Assembly (NCBI GenBank): GCA_964016885.1
Contig: OZ024740.1
Coordinates: 217,000,001-217,064,000, forward strand
Reading direction: 5' to 3'
DNA length: 64,000 nt
Source: Eledone cirrhosa
Lineage: Eukaryota
Every line of letters begins with the position of its first letter. Position 1 is the first letter of the stretch. Shown piece by piece: positions 25,126 through 37,312 of this stretch. Position numbers and translations under genes: made by a program. The notes under the pieces were generated by a model. That model did not search any database, was not told the DNA's origin, and was given only the letters and a program-made list of their open reading frames with translations.

Positions 25126-26350
25126 TCTAGTTTGTAGGAAGGAAAATAGGGTGCCGGTCCCATCCGGAAAATGGCCATGCTCAGTGTGTAGGAAAGGAGT
25201 AGGTAGAAACTCCATTTTATGTCCCAAATGCAAAGTATGGGTGCATAAAAGATGTAGTGGGATCACAGGTAAGCTAACTAAGAACATAGATTTTATATTT
25301 GGCCGGTGCTCTGGTGCAATAAGTAGCAGCAAGTGCGCACTGAATACTAGCTCATTCCATTGCACAGATGGTTCTATAGAAATAGTGGATAGCTTCCATT
25401 ACTTGGGTGACAAAATCACCAGTGGGGGAGGGTGCTCTGAAAGTACAGTAGCTAGAGTCAGAACTGGATGGAAAAAGTTCAGAGAGCTTATACCACTATT
25501 AGCCGCTAAAGGGTTTTCCCTAAAAATGAAAGGCAGGCTGTATGATGCCTGCATACGAACAGCAATGTTGCATGGCAGTGAGACCTGGGCATTGTGTGCA
25601 GAGGATATACGCAGACTGGAGAGGAACGAAGCTTGCATGCTCCGCTGGATGTGTAATAGTAATATACGTGAATGGCAAAGCATAAATGAACTAAGGGAAA
25701 AATTAGAAATAAGAGGGATCAGATGTTGTTTACTCGAGAGAAGGCTACGTTGGTATGGTCACGTGATGCGCATGAAAGACGACAGCTGTATAAAAAAGTG
25801 CAGGGCAATAAAAATAGACGGTAGCCACGGAGTAGGCAGACCCAGAAAAACCTGGGACGACTTGATAAATTCCGACCTCACACACACCTCTCCAAGACAA
25901 TGTCACTGGACCGAGAGCTTTGGCGCTACACAGTAATAGTACCTAATGTACCTAAGTACAAAGTGAAACCTACTACAGTCAGTAGGCACCTCTAACAAAA
26001 TACACCCCTCGTCCCACTACCCCCACACCATCCACACCACCCCTTTCAATGTAAAGTTATGTTGGTACCGCAACATCCAGCCCGAAACAAATGAGGTCGT
26101 GTAGGTGTCACGACAAAAAAACACACAGTCCACGCTGTAATGTGGCCGTGTAGGTAATGCGGTAAAAACCTCCCAGTTCCACACTGTAAATGTGGTTGGT
26201 GTTAGGAAGGGCATCCAGCCATAGAAAACCAGCCAGACAGTCCTATGCGAGCAAGACAACCACTCTTGCCTCAAGTTGGAAAAGTCCCGTCCAAACCCAT
26301 GCAAGCGTGGAATATGGATGTTAAACGATGATGATGATGATGATGATGAT
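25126..26350 (+). mobile_element. RTE-clade LINE, 5'-truncated, frameshifted near the C-terminus
   Basis: [13 protein letters not shown]...F.YLG..I...[15 protein letters not shown]...LHGSETW...[12 protein letters not shown]...GRPRKTW; 3' UTR with (GAT)n; (TA)n on both sides. Confidence 0.93.
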
Positions 26351-26393
26351 ATATATATATATATATATATATATCATTATTTGATTTATTTAT

Positions 26394-26586
26394 AAGGCGG
26401 TGGATTGGCAGTATCGGTAGAGGGTCGGACGCCATGCTTTCCAGCATAGTTACGTCCCTTTACGATCTGAGTTCAAATCCCGCCGAGGTTGACTTTGCCT
26501 TTCATCCTTACGGGATCAATAAAATAAAGTACCAGTAAGGCACTGGGTAATTGCTGGCCTTGTGCCTAAAGTAGAAACAATTATTT
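26394..26586 (+). mobile_element. SINE family B, full length
   Basis: AAGGCGGTGGATTGGCAGTATCGGTAG...GAGTTCAAATCCCGCC (5'/3' acceptor-stem-like GGCGG/CCGCC), central motif and tail as at 14405. Confidence 0.9.
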
Positions 26587-26860
26587 GATTTATTTAGTAC
26601 CCTTTTTAACTGTGGTTACCCCCTATTTTACTCGGGATCGGGATCTACATATATATATATATATATATTAAATTATGGAGCAAAGCTTATCAAATAGAAT
26701 GGTTACAGCTTCAGTCATTTCTTCACTCACTCAATAATATAATTAAGTCAGATTTATTTAAATTCAAACCCAACTGATTAGAGTGTACACTTAAATGTTA
26801 ATAAGTGAGGAAGACGACTTTCTTCTAGCCCACCTTGATCTCTGCGCGCACACACACACT

Positions 26861-26908
<48 letters not shown>

Positions 26909-27360
26909 TACTTGGAGTTCCTTATATTTGTGTAGCTATATATTTAAAATCATCATCATTTTAAAGTCTGTTTTCCCCACCAGCAGAGTTTGGGTGGGTC
27001 TCCACAGATTGAGTCAATACTCAAGCAGTGCTACTGACCCCTCAGATGAGCAGGGGTCCCACATCTTACTTATATATATTCCCATATTATACTAGGTGTA
27101 TTTTATCATGGGATCAGCACTAGGGAGGTTGTCATGTCTTTCATATAGTTGAACAGCCCTTCCGACCCTCTTCTTTAGGTGTTTTTTTCTTTCTGTATCT
27201 ATAGACACATACACACACACCCATACTATATACATATATATATATGTGTGTATGTATGCATATATTTGCGTGTGTGTATGTATATATATATATATCTGTT
27301 TGTGTATATATGTGTATGTGTGTATGTATATATGTATGCATGTTTATTTGAATATATATA

Positions 27361-27685
27361 TATCATCCTCATTTTACGTCCGCTTTTTCCTGCATGCAAG
27401 GGTGGGACGGGAACTGATTCTGGCTTGATTTCTACAGCTGGATGCCCTTCCTAACACCAACCTCATTTACAGTGAGTGCTGGGTGTTTTTATGCCGTGGC
27501 ACCTCCACGACTACTTTGCTGTGGAATGATAGGGACCCCAATCCTATCATCTCATTTCTACAGATGAGTAAACTGGAGCAATGTGAAATAAAGTGTCTTG
27601 CTCAAGGAAACAACACATCACCTGGTCTGAGAATTGAACTCACAACCTTTCGATTGCAAGGCCAATACTCTAACCACTAAGCCAT
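27361..27685 (-). mobile_element. SINE family A, near full length
   Basis: Reverse complement of 9736-10060, including the A and B boxes; inserted in a (TA)n context. Confidence 0.92.
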
Positions 27686-27857
27686 ATATATGTGTGTGTA
27701 TATATATATATATAGATATATATATATGCAAAAGTTCTATTTAAATTGTTGCGATACAACAAGCAAATATTTTTATAACTGATATAAAGCACTCAACAAG
27801 TATTTGGAGTAAACATACGATATTAACAAATGGAAACTATATTTATAAAACCATATT

Positions 27858-27922
27858 TATTTCATTATACATATTTCAAGGACACCAAGTTAAATTATGG
27901 TGTGCTTTCATCAGACAAAATA
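27858..27922 (-). ncRNA. Minimal type-I hammerhead ribozyme motif (core intact)
   Basis: TCATCAG at 27908-27914; reverse complement of the 28050-28114 motif. Confidence 0.72.
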
Positions 27923-28049
27923 TAATAATATATAAGTAAAACAACTCCACTATATAAGTAAACAACTCCACTATCCGGAAGCTTCCAACAGTAATGGTTG
28001 CATTTTTTAAGGGTATGTCAATATCTATTTATAAAACTGATCTATATTA

Positions 28050-28114
28050 TATTTTGTCTGATGAAAGCACACCATAATTTAACTTGGTGTCCTTGAAATA
28101 TGTATAATGAAATA
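28050..28114 (+). ncRNA. Minimal type-I hammerhead ribozyme motif (core intact, sense to FoxP)
   Basis: UAUUUUGU-CUGAUGA(28058-28064)-AAG c ACACCA [loop] UGGUGU c CUU-GAA-AUAUGUAU-A^(28106)-AUGAAAUA. Stem I pairs 8/8 with GU; stem III is self-complementary; AATAAA follows at 28111. Confidence 0.75.
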
Positions 28115-28291
28115 AATATTGTTTTATAAATATAGTTTCCATTTGTTAATATCGTATATATATATATATATAGTAATAATAATAATAAATTTGAAGACTA
28201 AAATCCAAAGAGGGCTTGATAAGGATAAATATATATCAAATATTTAAGAACCGTAGAGCAAATATTTATTAAAATATTTTAATAAATATAT

Positions 28292-28363
<72 letters not shown>

Positions 28364-28413
28364 TGCGTGTGTGTGTATATATATATATGTATATATACAC
28401 ATATACATACAGA

Positions 28414-28451
<38 letters not shown>

Positions 28452-28737
28452 CATATATACATATACATACAGATGTGTGTGTATGTGTATATATATACAC
28501 ATTTTATTAAGTCTACACTGTGAGTGTAGTTACTGTGGATAAACAGGCAAAATATCAGAGTAACAAGACTCACTATTTAGTCTGAATAAAATGAATATTA
28601 AAACTCTACTTTGGTATTGAATACTCTTTGCCCTCAACCATCAATCACACATACACACACACATATACACACATGCACGCGCACACACAGACACATGCAC
28701 ACATATATATATACACACACACACATGTATACATATG

Positions 28738-28958
28738 CATCCTTCAAAACTTCCTAAAATTTGCCAACACTGCACCTGATATTCCCCATTCATACACACG
28801 CAAGCATATGTGGTGTGTGTGTCTGTGTGTCTGTGTATATCACGACTCATATACTGTCCACTTTCCCGACGTTTGTATATTATTTTATGTACTATACATG
28901 CACATTTGATGAGTGAGTTGTAGTGCACCTGAGCACTGTACACAATAATTTTCATTAT
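28738..28958 (+). mobile_element. CR1 LINE 3' UTR fragment
   Basis: GCATCCTTCAAAACTTCC...GTAGTGCACCTGAGCACTGTACACAATAATTTTCATT matches the other CR1 tails. Confidence 0.85.
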
Positions 28959-29129
28959 AAAATTGATTATGTTAATCCAAACCATAAGAAGACCAGTTAT
29001 ACAATAAAGAAATTAATTTATTAAAATGTAGAATATAATATAATATATATTTCCCGAGGAGAATCATATCGAGGGACTGATACCGACTCATAATGAAACA
29101 CATCTAAGTCATAGTCTTAGGTCATCCTA

Positions 29130-29400
29130 TGTCCTGGGACATATTGGACAATGAGTCTTCTCCAATTTACAGGATCAGCTGCGGCCTCTTGTGTAGTTTC
29201 CCAGTCCAATCCTCTGGGGATTTCCTTTGAAAATTGAGCGCCAGGTTTTCTTGGGTCTCCCTTTTTTTCTGCTTGCCACCGACTGGGATCCATCTCATTG
29301 TCACAGAGGTGTCCTAGTACTCAGACATGTGCAGAATGTGTCCAGCCAGTTTCAGGCACCTTTTAGTGATGGTGTCAGTCAGTAGCTTCTTCAGCACTTC
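29130..29400 (-). mobile_element. Decayed RTE-type LINE fragment
   Basis: The minus strand gives LKLAGHILHM ... MRWIP ... KKGRPKKTWRS with frameshifts. Confidence 0.65.
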
Positions 29401-30238
29401 TACTTTACATATATACATATGAAATAGTCATGTAAGAAGACTTGTATTGAATTATTTAATTACTGTGTGTTAATTACTGTGTTAATTGAGATGTGGTTCA
29501 GTACTTACTAAGGATATTTACAGTCTACACACAGTGTTGTTACCCACTGGTGATAAAACACACACACTCACATAATATATACATATGTGCCAAAACTAAG
29601 TGGCCTCATAGTATATCTTAATTATTATATATGTTTGGTGGATGATTGAAAAGCTATGAAAGTATCTCCCATAGAAGAACTTGTGGGTGGTTTAATAGGT
29701 TTGATGGGTAGCTATTGTTAATAATGTATCCAGATGTGAAAATGTTGAATAGTTTAACAGATTAAGGAAACATTGTGTATGTATGTATGTATGTATGTGT
29801 GTATGTATGTGTGTGTATGTATGTTTGTTTGTGTGTATGTATGTTTGTGTGTGTGTATGATGTATGTTTATGTGTGTGTGTTTGTATGTATGTTTGTATG
29901 TGTGTTTGTTTATATGTATGTGTGTTTGTATGTCTGTGTGAGAGAGAGAGGAGGTGGGGAGAAACTGTGTAAGATAGAAAGTGAGTGAGGGGGAGGGGGC
30001 AGAGAGGTGTTGCTAAATTGTGGTGTTTACTATTAAATTAAATACTTTTTGTTAAGCTTTTAGAGCTGAAGTAGAACTTATTTCAGATCCTTTCTCTGTA
30101 AGTGTGTGTGTGTATTGTAAGATGTAGTTTAAGTGTCTCTCTCTCTTTGCCCCTCTCTCTCTCTCTAGTTTTATTTTCATATTACTATTAAATTTCTTGT
30201 ATTCAGCTTCAAAAATACATGTAAGAGAATTATATATA

Positions 30239-30293
<55 letters not shown>

Positions 30294-30304
30294 ATCATTG
30301 CAAA

Positions 30305-31200
30305 CATCATCATTTAACGTCTGTTTTTCATGCTAGCAAAGGTTGGATGGGTCTTCACTGAGTGAGTCAATACTCACACAGGGCTGCTGACCTCCCAGAG
30401 AAGCTGGGTGGATCTGCATTTCGTTTACATATGGTCCCTCACTTTACTGAATGCATTTTAATGTGACACCAATGCTAGAATTGTTGTCTCACCCTTGACA
30501 CAATTGGAGGATCCTCTTAACCCTTTTCAGCATCATTTTGATAGCGGGGTGCCCTTCTTATTGCCAACCACTTTACAAGGTGTACTAGGGACATTTTCAT
30601 GGCACTGACTGAAGAGTATGATGATATGGATGTGTGACAAGTGTGGTGGGATTTGACAGGGGTGATGAAAGAGGAAAGGTGTGACCTCTGATAGCATAGA
30701 GGGAATAGTCACAGCTTCTGTCAGGATTTTTAAAGGACTAATGTGTGATAGTGAGGGTAGCTAAGGATGGGAGTATGGATGGGGTGGGGCTATGCAGTGA
30801 TGGTGAGAATAGCTACTAAAGAGTGCTAGTGGAGGTGGGGGGATGAGTGTGGTCTTATTCTTTTGCCTGTAGATGGATCTTCACCAGCACTGCTTATCAC
30901 CAGACCTTGCAGTCCTTTGTTATATCTATTATGCAGTTTAGCTTCTTAAGATTCAACTAAACTACCTTATCCCAAGACATCTTGGGTCTGACTCTTTCAC
31001 AGGTCCCAACCACTGAAATTTCTCTGCATTTCTTTATAAAACTTTCATCTTCCATTCACATCACATGTCTATACCAACACAGTGTTTATTCATCTTGACC
31101 ATTACATCCAGTTCCTCTTATGCCAAGTTTTTCTCTCAGCTTGCTTATGCTACATTCTTCGTGCACACTAACATTACACATTCATCGGAGCATACTTCAT
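30305..31200 (-). mobile_element. Decayed RTE LINE (ORF C-terminus plus 3' UTR)
   Basis: The minus strand reads LCWYRHVM*MEDESFIKKCREI...RPKMSWD; tail motif TGCCCTT..GCCAACCACTTTACA and a (CAT)n-TTAACGTC end. Confidence 0.7.
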
Positions 31201-31539
31201 CCACCCCCTCTCTCTCTATATATATATTTATATATAATGTGTGTGCATGTGCAGGTATGTATGTTATTGCATGTGTGTGTTTTGAGTTATGTGTGTACAT
31301 ATACATATGTTCTTATATCTATACATGTGGATATGCAATTATTACATGCTAAATTTCTAGAATGTATTTTTGCATGTTTGTGTGAGCATATGCATGTACA
31401 TATGAATGTATATATGTATGCATGTATGTATGTACATAAGTACGTATGCATATATGTATGTAAGTATGTACATATGTATGTATGTATATATGTATATATG
31501 TATGTATGTACATATGTATGTATGTATATATGTATGTTA

Positions 31540-31818
31540 AGAAAGTGGGACTGGTTTTGTGCAGTGCCTTTGCCCACTATAGAAGCTTCACGGCACAGGC
31601 ATTGCTTTATATCTGGAGATCTCTCTGCACTTGTCATCACATGGTACCATGGGCCCAGCACTATGTGTCAATAATTGTCACAAGTGTAGTGTTTGTACCA
31701 AAATTTTCAAGTCGCTGGCTGGATTAAAAAGTCAAATTCGTTCAGCACATCGGTAGGGGTTCTCCTACATGGATATAAAGTAGTGGCCGTACTCGAAAAC
31801 GAGTTGGCAGCCACCATG
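31540..31818 (+). mobile_element. RTE/BovB-like LINE 3' end with C2H2-like finger
   Basis: HKCSVCTKIFKSLAGLKSQIRSAHR*, followed by a short tail with the CTCG-AAAA-CGAG hairpin. Confidence 0.65.
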
Positions 31819-32006
31819 TAAAAATATATGTATATCATCATCATTATCCTTTTACCATGCTAGCATAAGTAAGAAGAGTTATCACAGAACAATTTGGTTC
31901 ACAGTTGTGACCACTGTCCTCACAAATGGACTAGCCAGCGGCTGCATTTTAATCTCATATGTCCCTAAATATTACAGATTGTACTAGGTACCTTTCATCA
32001 TGGTAG

Positions 32007-32856
32007 CAGTACAAGGGAGGTTGTAATGTACCTGACACCACTACAGTACCTTCAGCCCTATACCAATACTAGGGAGGTTGTGTGTACCTGACACCACTAT
32101 AGTAACTTCAGCCCTATACCAATACTAGGGAGGTTGTAGCGTACCTGACACCACTACAGTACCTTCAGCCCTATACCAATACTAAGGAGGTTGTAGTGTA
32201 CCTGACACCACTACAGGACCTTCAGCCCTATACCAGTACAAGGGAGGTTGTAGTGTACCTGACACCACTATAGTACCTTCAGCCCTATACCAATACTAAG
32301 GAGGTTGTAGTGTACCTGACACCACTACAGGACCTTCAGCCCTATACCAATACTAAGGAGGTTGTAGTGTACCTGACACCACTACAGGACCTTCAGCCCT
32401 ATACCAGTACAAGGGAGGTTGTAGTGTACCTGACACCACTATAGTACCTTCAGCCCTATACCAATACTAAGGAGGTTGTAGTGTACCTGACACCACTACA
32501 GGACCTTCAGCCCTATACCAATACTAAGGAGGTTGTAGTGTACCTGACACCACTACAGTACCTTCAGCCCTATACCAGTACAAGGGAGGTTGTAGTGTAC
32601 CTGACACCACTATAGTACCTTCAGCCCTATACCAATACTAAGGAGGTTGTAGTGTACCTGACACCACTACAGGACCTTCAGCCCTATACCAGTACAAGGG
32701 AGGTTGTAGTGTACCTGACACCACTACAGGACCTTCAGCCCTATACCAGTACAAGGGAGGTTGTAGTGTACCTGACACCACTACAGTACCTTCAGCCCTA
32801 TACCAGTACAAGGGAGGTTGTAGTGTACCTGACACCACTACAGTACCTTCAGCCCT
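32007..32856. repeat. 57-bp minisatellite GTACCTGACACCACTACAGTACCTTCAGCCCTATACCAGTACAAGGGAGGTTGTAGT (~15 copies)
   Basis: 57-bp period (ACCTTCAGCC at 32161, 32218, ...). Confidence 0.95.
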
Positions 32857-32971
32857 AGCCCTAACCACTTCACACAGTTTGCTTGACGTAGTTTATTGTG
32901 ACTAGCACTATCATGGCCCCATGTGTATACGTTTGTATATATGTATTTGTGTATGTTTATATATATGTATG

Positions 32972-33009
<38 letters not shown>

Positions 33010-33047
33010 GATGCGTATATGTGTGTGTGTATATATATGTATGTATA

Positions 33048-33078
<31 letters not shown>

Positions 33079-34370
33079 GGCCGAGCTAGAGAAGAAATTC
33101 CAAACATGGAAGCACGGCCTAGAGTCAAAAGGACTTAAAATTAACCTGGCTAAGACCAAAGTTCTAGTTTGTAGGAAAGAAAACAAGGCGGCGGTCCCTT
33201 CTGGGAAATGGTCGTGCTCGGTGTGTAGGAAAGGCGTAGGTAGAAACTCCATTTTGTGTCCTAAATGCAAAGTATGGGTGCATAAAAGATGTAGTGGGAT
33301 CACAGGTAAGCTAACTAAGAACATAGATTTTACATGTGGCCGGTGTTCTGGTGCAATAAGTAGCAGCAAGTGCCCACACAATACTAGCTCTTTCAATTGC
33401 GCAGAGGGTTCTATAGAAATAGTGGACAGCTTCCGTTACCTGGGCGATAAAATCAGCAGTGGGGGAGGGTGCTCTGAAAGTACTGTAGCTAGAGTCAGAA
33501 CTGGTTGGAAAAAGTTCAGAGAGCTTATACCACTATTAGCTGCTAAAGGGTTCTCCCTAAAAATGAAAGGCAGGTTGTACGATGCCTGCATACGAACAGC
33601 AATGTTGCATGGCAGTGAGACCTGGGCATTGTGTGCAGAGGATATACGCAGACTAGAGAGGAACGAAGCTTGCATGCTCCGCTGGATGTGTAACAGTAAT
33701 ATACGTGAACGGCAAAGCATAAACGAACTAAGGAAAAAATTAGAGATAAGAGGGATCAGATGTTGTTTACTCGAGAGAAGGCTACGTTGGTATGGACACG
33801 TGATGCGCATGAAAGTCGATAGCTGTATAACAAAGTGCAGGGCAATAAAGATAGACGGTAGCCACGGAATAGGCAGACCTAGAAAAACCTGGGACGAGCT
33901 GATAAACTCCGACCTCACACACTTACACCTCTCCAAGACAATGTCACTGGACCGAGACCTTTGGCGGTACTCAGTAACAGAGAAGACCCGCCTTGCCAGT
34001 AGGCATCTCTAACAAAATACACCCCGTCCCACCCCCACCACCCCCACCCCATCCACACCACCCCGTCCTATGTAAAGTTATGTTGGTGCCGCGCCATCCG
34101 GGCCGAAACAAATGAGATCGTGTAGGTGTCACGACAAAAAAACACACAGTCCACGCTGTAATGTGGCCGTGTAGGCAACACGGTAAAAACCTCCCAGACC
34201 CACACTGTAAATGTGGTTGGTGTTAGGAAGGGCATCCAACTGTAGAAAACCTGCCAGACAGTCCTATGCGAGCAAGACAATCACTCTTGCCTCAAGTGGG
34301 ACTACCCCCGTCCAAACCCATGCAAGCGTGGAACACGGACGTTAAACGTTGATGATGATGATGATGATGA

Positions 34371-34374
<4 letters not shown>
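33079..34374 (+). mobile_element. RTE-clade LINE, 5'-truncated; uninterrupted ORF C-terminus to the stop at 34012
   Basis: ELEKKFQTWKHGLESKGLKINLAKTK (end of RT), C4HC3 finger, [40 protein letters not shown]; (GAT)n tail; (TA)n flanks; close paralogue of 25126-26350. Confidence 0.95.
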
Positions 34375-34416
<42 letters not shown>

Positions 34417-34711
34417 TTATTTATTAAGGCTAAGTAGTGAGTCTTGTTAATCTTTTTCAGTCTGTAAGTCTTGTTTCACCTGTACACTTACAGGATCATA
34501 TATATATATATATATATATATATTGGAAAAGAGTCAGGACCCTGATTTAACAGCTAGAGCTCAGCCGTCAGTGTCCTGACTCTTTCCCTATTACCCACTC
34601 TCCTACCCTAAGTATTGAGTACTCTGGTGTGTTATTGTCCACCTGGTATTGTACTACACCACACCCTCTTTGTTGTTAAATATATATATATATGTGTGTG
34701 TGAGTATATAT

Positions 34712-34771
<60 letters not shown>

Positions 34772-34889
34772 GAAGGCGTGTGGCTGAGTGGTTAGAGAAT
34801 TGGATTCACAATCTTGAGGTTGTGTGTTCGATTCCTGGACCGAGCGATGCATTATGTCCTTGAGCAAGACACTTTATTTCACATTGCGC
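34772..34889 (+). mobile_element. tRNA-SINE head (SINE-A-related subfamily), 3'-truncated
   Basis: TGGCTGAGTGGTTAG A box, GTGTTCGATTCC B box, TCCTTGAGCAAGACACTTTATTTCACATTGC core. Confidence 0.8.
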
Positions 34890-34989
34890 CTTCTACCTGG
34901 AGTTGCGACCGATAGATAGTATTAGTAATTGGAAAGACCGGCGAAAACATTGTTTACTCAGTCCGATTTGACGAAAGTCGATCTATATA

Positions 34990-35036
<47 letters not shown>

Positions 35037-35408
35037 CTCTCCTGAAGTGTCAGATTCACGATATATAGTGTTGAATACTTGGTATCTAGGATTATAATCT
35101 ACATGGTCAATATTTCATCTACCATTAACATACATTGTACAAATTACAATTTGTATTCTAGCTACAGTGCTTTGATTGGTTCCCCAGTCACATGACCTAT
35201 CTCTTTGTCACATGACTTGTCAGTTTGGCACATACATGGTGTTTAGACATAACATATCATAAATAATTCTCTTAACTTTTGTTTATAAATTATATTATAT
35301 TTTTTGTACTTTTATTTATCTTTCGTTTTGTTTCAACTCCATACCTTGTTTTGTTAACATATTTGTATCCTATTGTTGTTGTTGTTACTACTACTACTAC
35401 TACTACTA

Positions 35409-35617
35409 TGGTTTCTGATTTAGGCACAAGGCCAATAATTTTAGAGAAGAGGAAAGTTGATGAAACTGCCCCCAGTGCATTACTGGTACTTTATTTTATT
35501 GACCCCGTAAGAATGAAAGACAAAGCTAACCTCAGTGGAATTTGAACTCGGAATGTAAAGGGCCGTAACTATATGCCACATATCTTGTCTGACACTTTAG
35601 CGATACTGCCAATTCAC
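35409..35617 (-). mobile_element. SINE family B
   Basis: GGCACAAGGCC...TACTGGTACTTTATTTTATTGACCCCGTAAG...GGAATTTGAACTC...CGATACTGCCAAT. Confidence 0.85.
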
Positions 35618-35769
35618 CAATGACAACAACAACAGCATCAACAACAACAATAATAATAATATTTTGGAAAATAAATTATATTGGTTATTTTGTTAATTTA
35701 GATTCTATTGATACAGTTATTATCTATCAACAATAAGTAGATTTTGTAAATTACTTTCCACTGTGCCTT

Positions 35770-37312
35770 TGTGTATCAGTGTGTGTAGTGTGTAGTGTGC
35801 TTATGTGTGTGTGTGTGTGTAGTGTGTAGTGTGCTTATGTGTCAGTGTGTGTAGTGTGTAGTGTGTGTGTGTAGTGTGCTTATGTGTCAGTGAGTGTGTA
35901 GCGTGTAGTGTGCTTATGTGTCAGTGTGTGTAGTGTGCTTATATGTCAGTGTGTGTAGTGTGTAGTGTGCTTATGTGTCTGTGTGTGTAGTGTGCTTATG
36001 TGTCTGTATGTGTGTAATGTGGTGTGTGTAGTGTGTGTGTGTGTAGTGTGCTTATGTATCAGTGTGTGTAGTGTATGTTGTGTGTCGGTGTATGTGTAAG
36101 TGGGGTTGTATATATGTGTGTGTGTGTAAAGTGAGGTTGTATATATGTAGTGTGTGTGTAAGTGGGGTTATATATATGTGTATGTGTAAGTGGGGTTGTA
36201 TATGTGTGTGTGTGTTTGACTATGAGGATGTATATGTGCGTGTGTTGGGGTTTATATATATGTGTGTGTGTGTGTATATGTATGGAGTGTATATATATAT
36301 ATATGTGTGTGTGTATATGTATGGAGTGTATATATATATATCTATGTGTGTGTGGGGGGGGGGGGTTGTATATATATATGTATGTGTGTATATGTATCGA
36401 GTGTATATATATATATGTGCGTGTGGGGGGGGTTGTATATATATATGTATGTGTGTGTGTGTGTATATGTATGGAGTGTATATATGTGTGTGGGGGGGGG
36501 TTGTATATATATATATGTATGTGTGTAAATATGTATGTGTGTGTGTATATGTATGGAGTATATATATGTGTATGTGGGGGGGGGGGGGTTGTATATATAT
36601 GGGGGAGGGTTAGGTTTTGTTTCATGTTAAATCTAAAATAATATCTTCTGTCTCTTTCGTATTTTACATTAAAAACTGTTACATATCTCTGATACATTAA
36701 TGTCCCCACTTCATTTCTGTTAGTGGACTTCATTTACTACCACCACCACCACTATCATTATCACTGCTAACACCACCACCACCATCACTGCTAACACCAC
36801 CACCACCATCACTGCTAACACCACAACCACCACCACCACCACTGCTAACACCACCACCACTATCATCATCACTGCTAACACCACCACCACCATCATGCTA
36901 ACACCACAACCACCACCACTACCACCATCACTGCTAACACCACCACCACTATCATCATCACTGCTAACATCACCACCACCATCACTGCTAACACCACCAC
37001 CACCACAACCACCACCACCATCACTCCTAGCACCACCACCATCACTGCTAACACCACTACCACCACCAACACCACCACCATCACTGCTAACACCACCACA
37101 GCTGCCACCACCACTGTTAACACCACTACAACCACCACCAGCACCACCACCACCATCACCATCGCTGCTAACACCACCACAACCACCACCATCATCACCA
37201 CCACAACCACCACCATCATCACCACCACTACTACTGCTTACACCACCACCACTACTACTGCTAACACCACCACTACCACCACTACCACCAACACCATCAT
37301 CATCATCATTAA
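35770..37312. repeat. GT/TA-rich cryptic repeats (35770-36610) and a (CAC)n-ACTGCTAA cryptic repeat (36740-37312)
   Basis: Low-complexity reiterations seen directly. Confidence 0.88.

Larger units (their letters stand above)
27728..28157 (-). mobile_element. Penelope-like palindromic cassette 2 in a (TA)n tract
   Basis: Inverted arms ~27815-27927 and ~28045-28157. The left arm extends (27728-27815) into sequence whose reverse complement aligns with 24832-24920. Confidence 0.75.

Noticed and set aside
32921-34012. Complete 363-aa (and 344-aa at 24902) host protein
   Set aside because: The N-termini are (TA)n microsatellite; the remainder is a 5'-truncated RTE lacking endonuclease and most of the RT.
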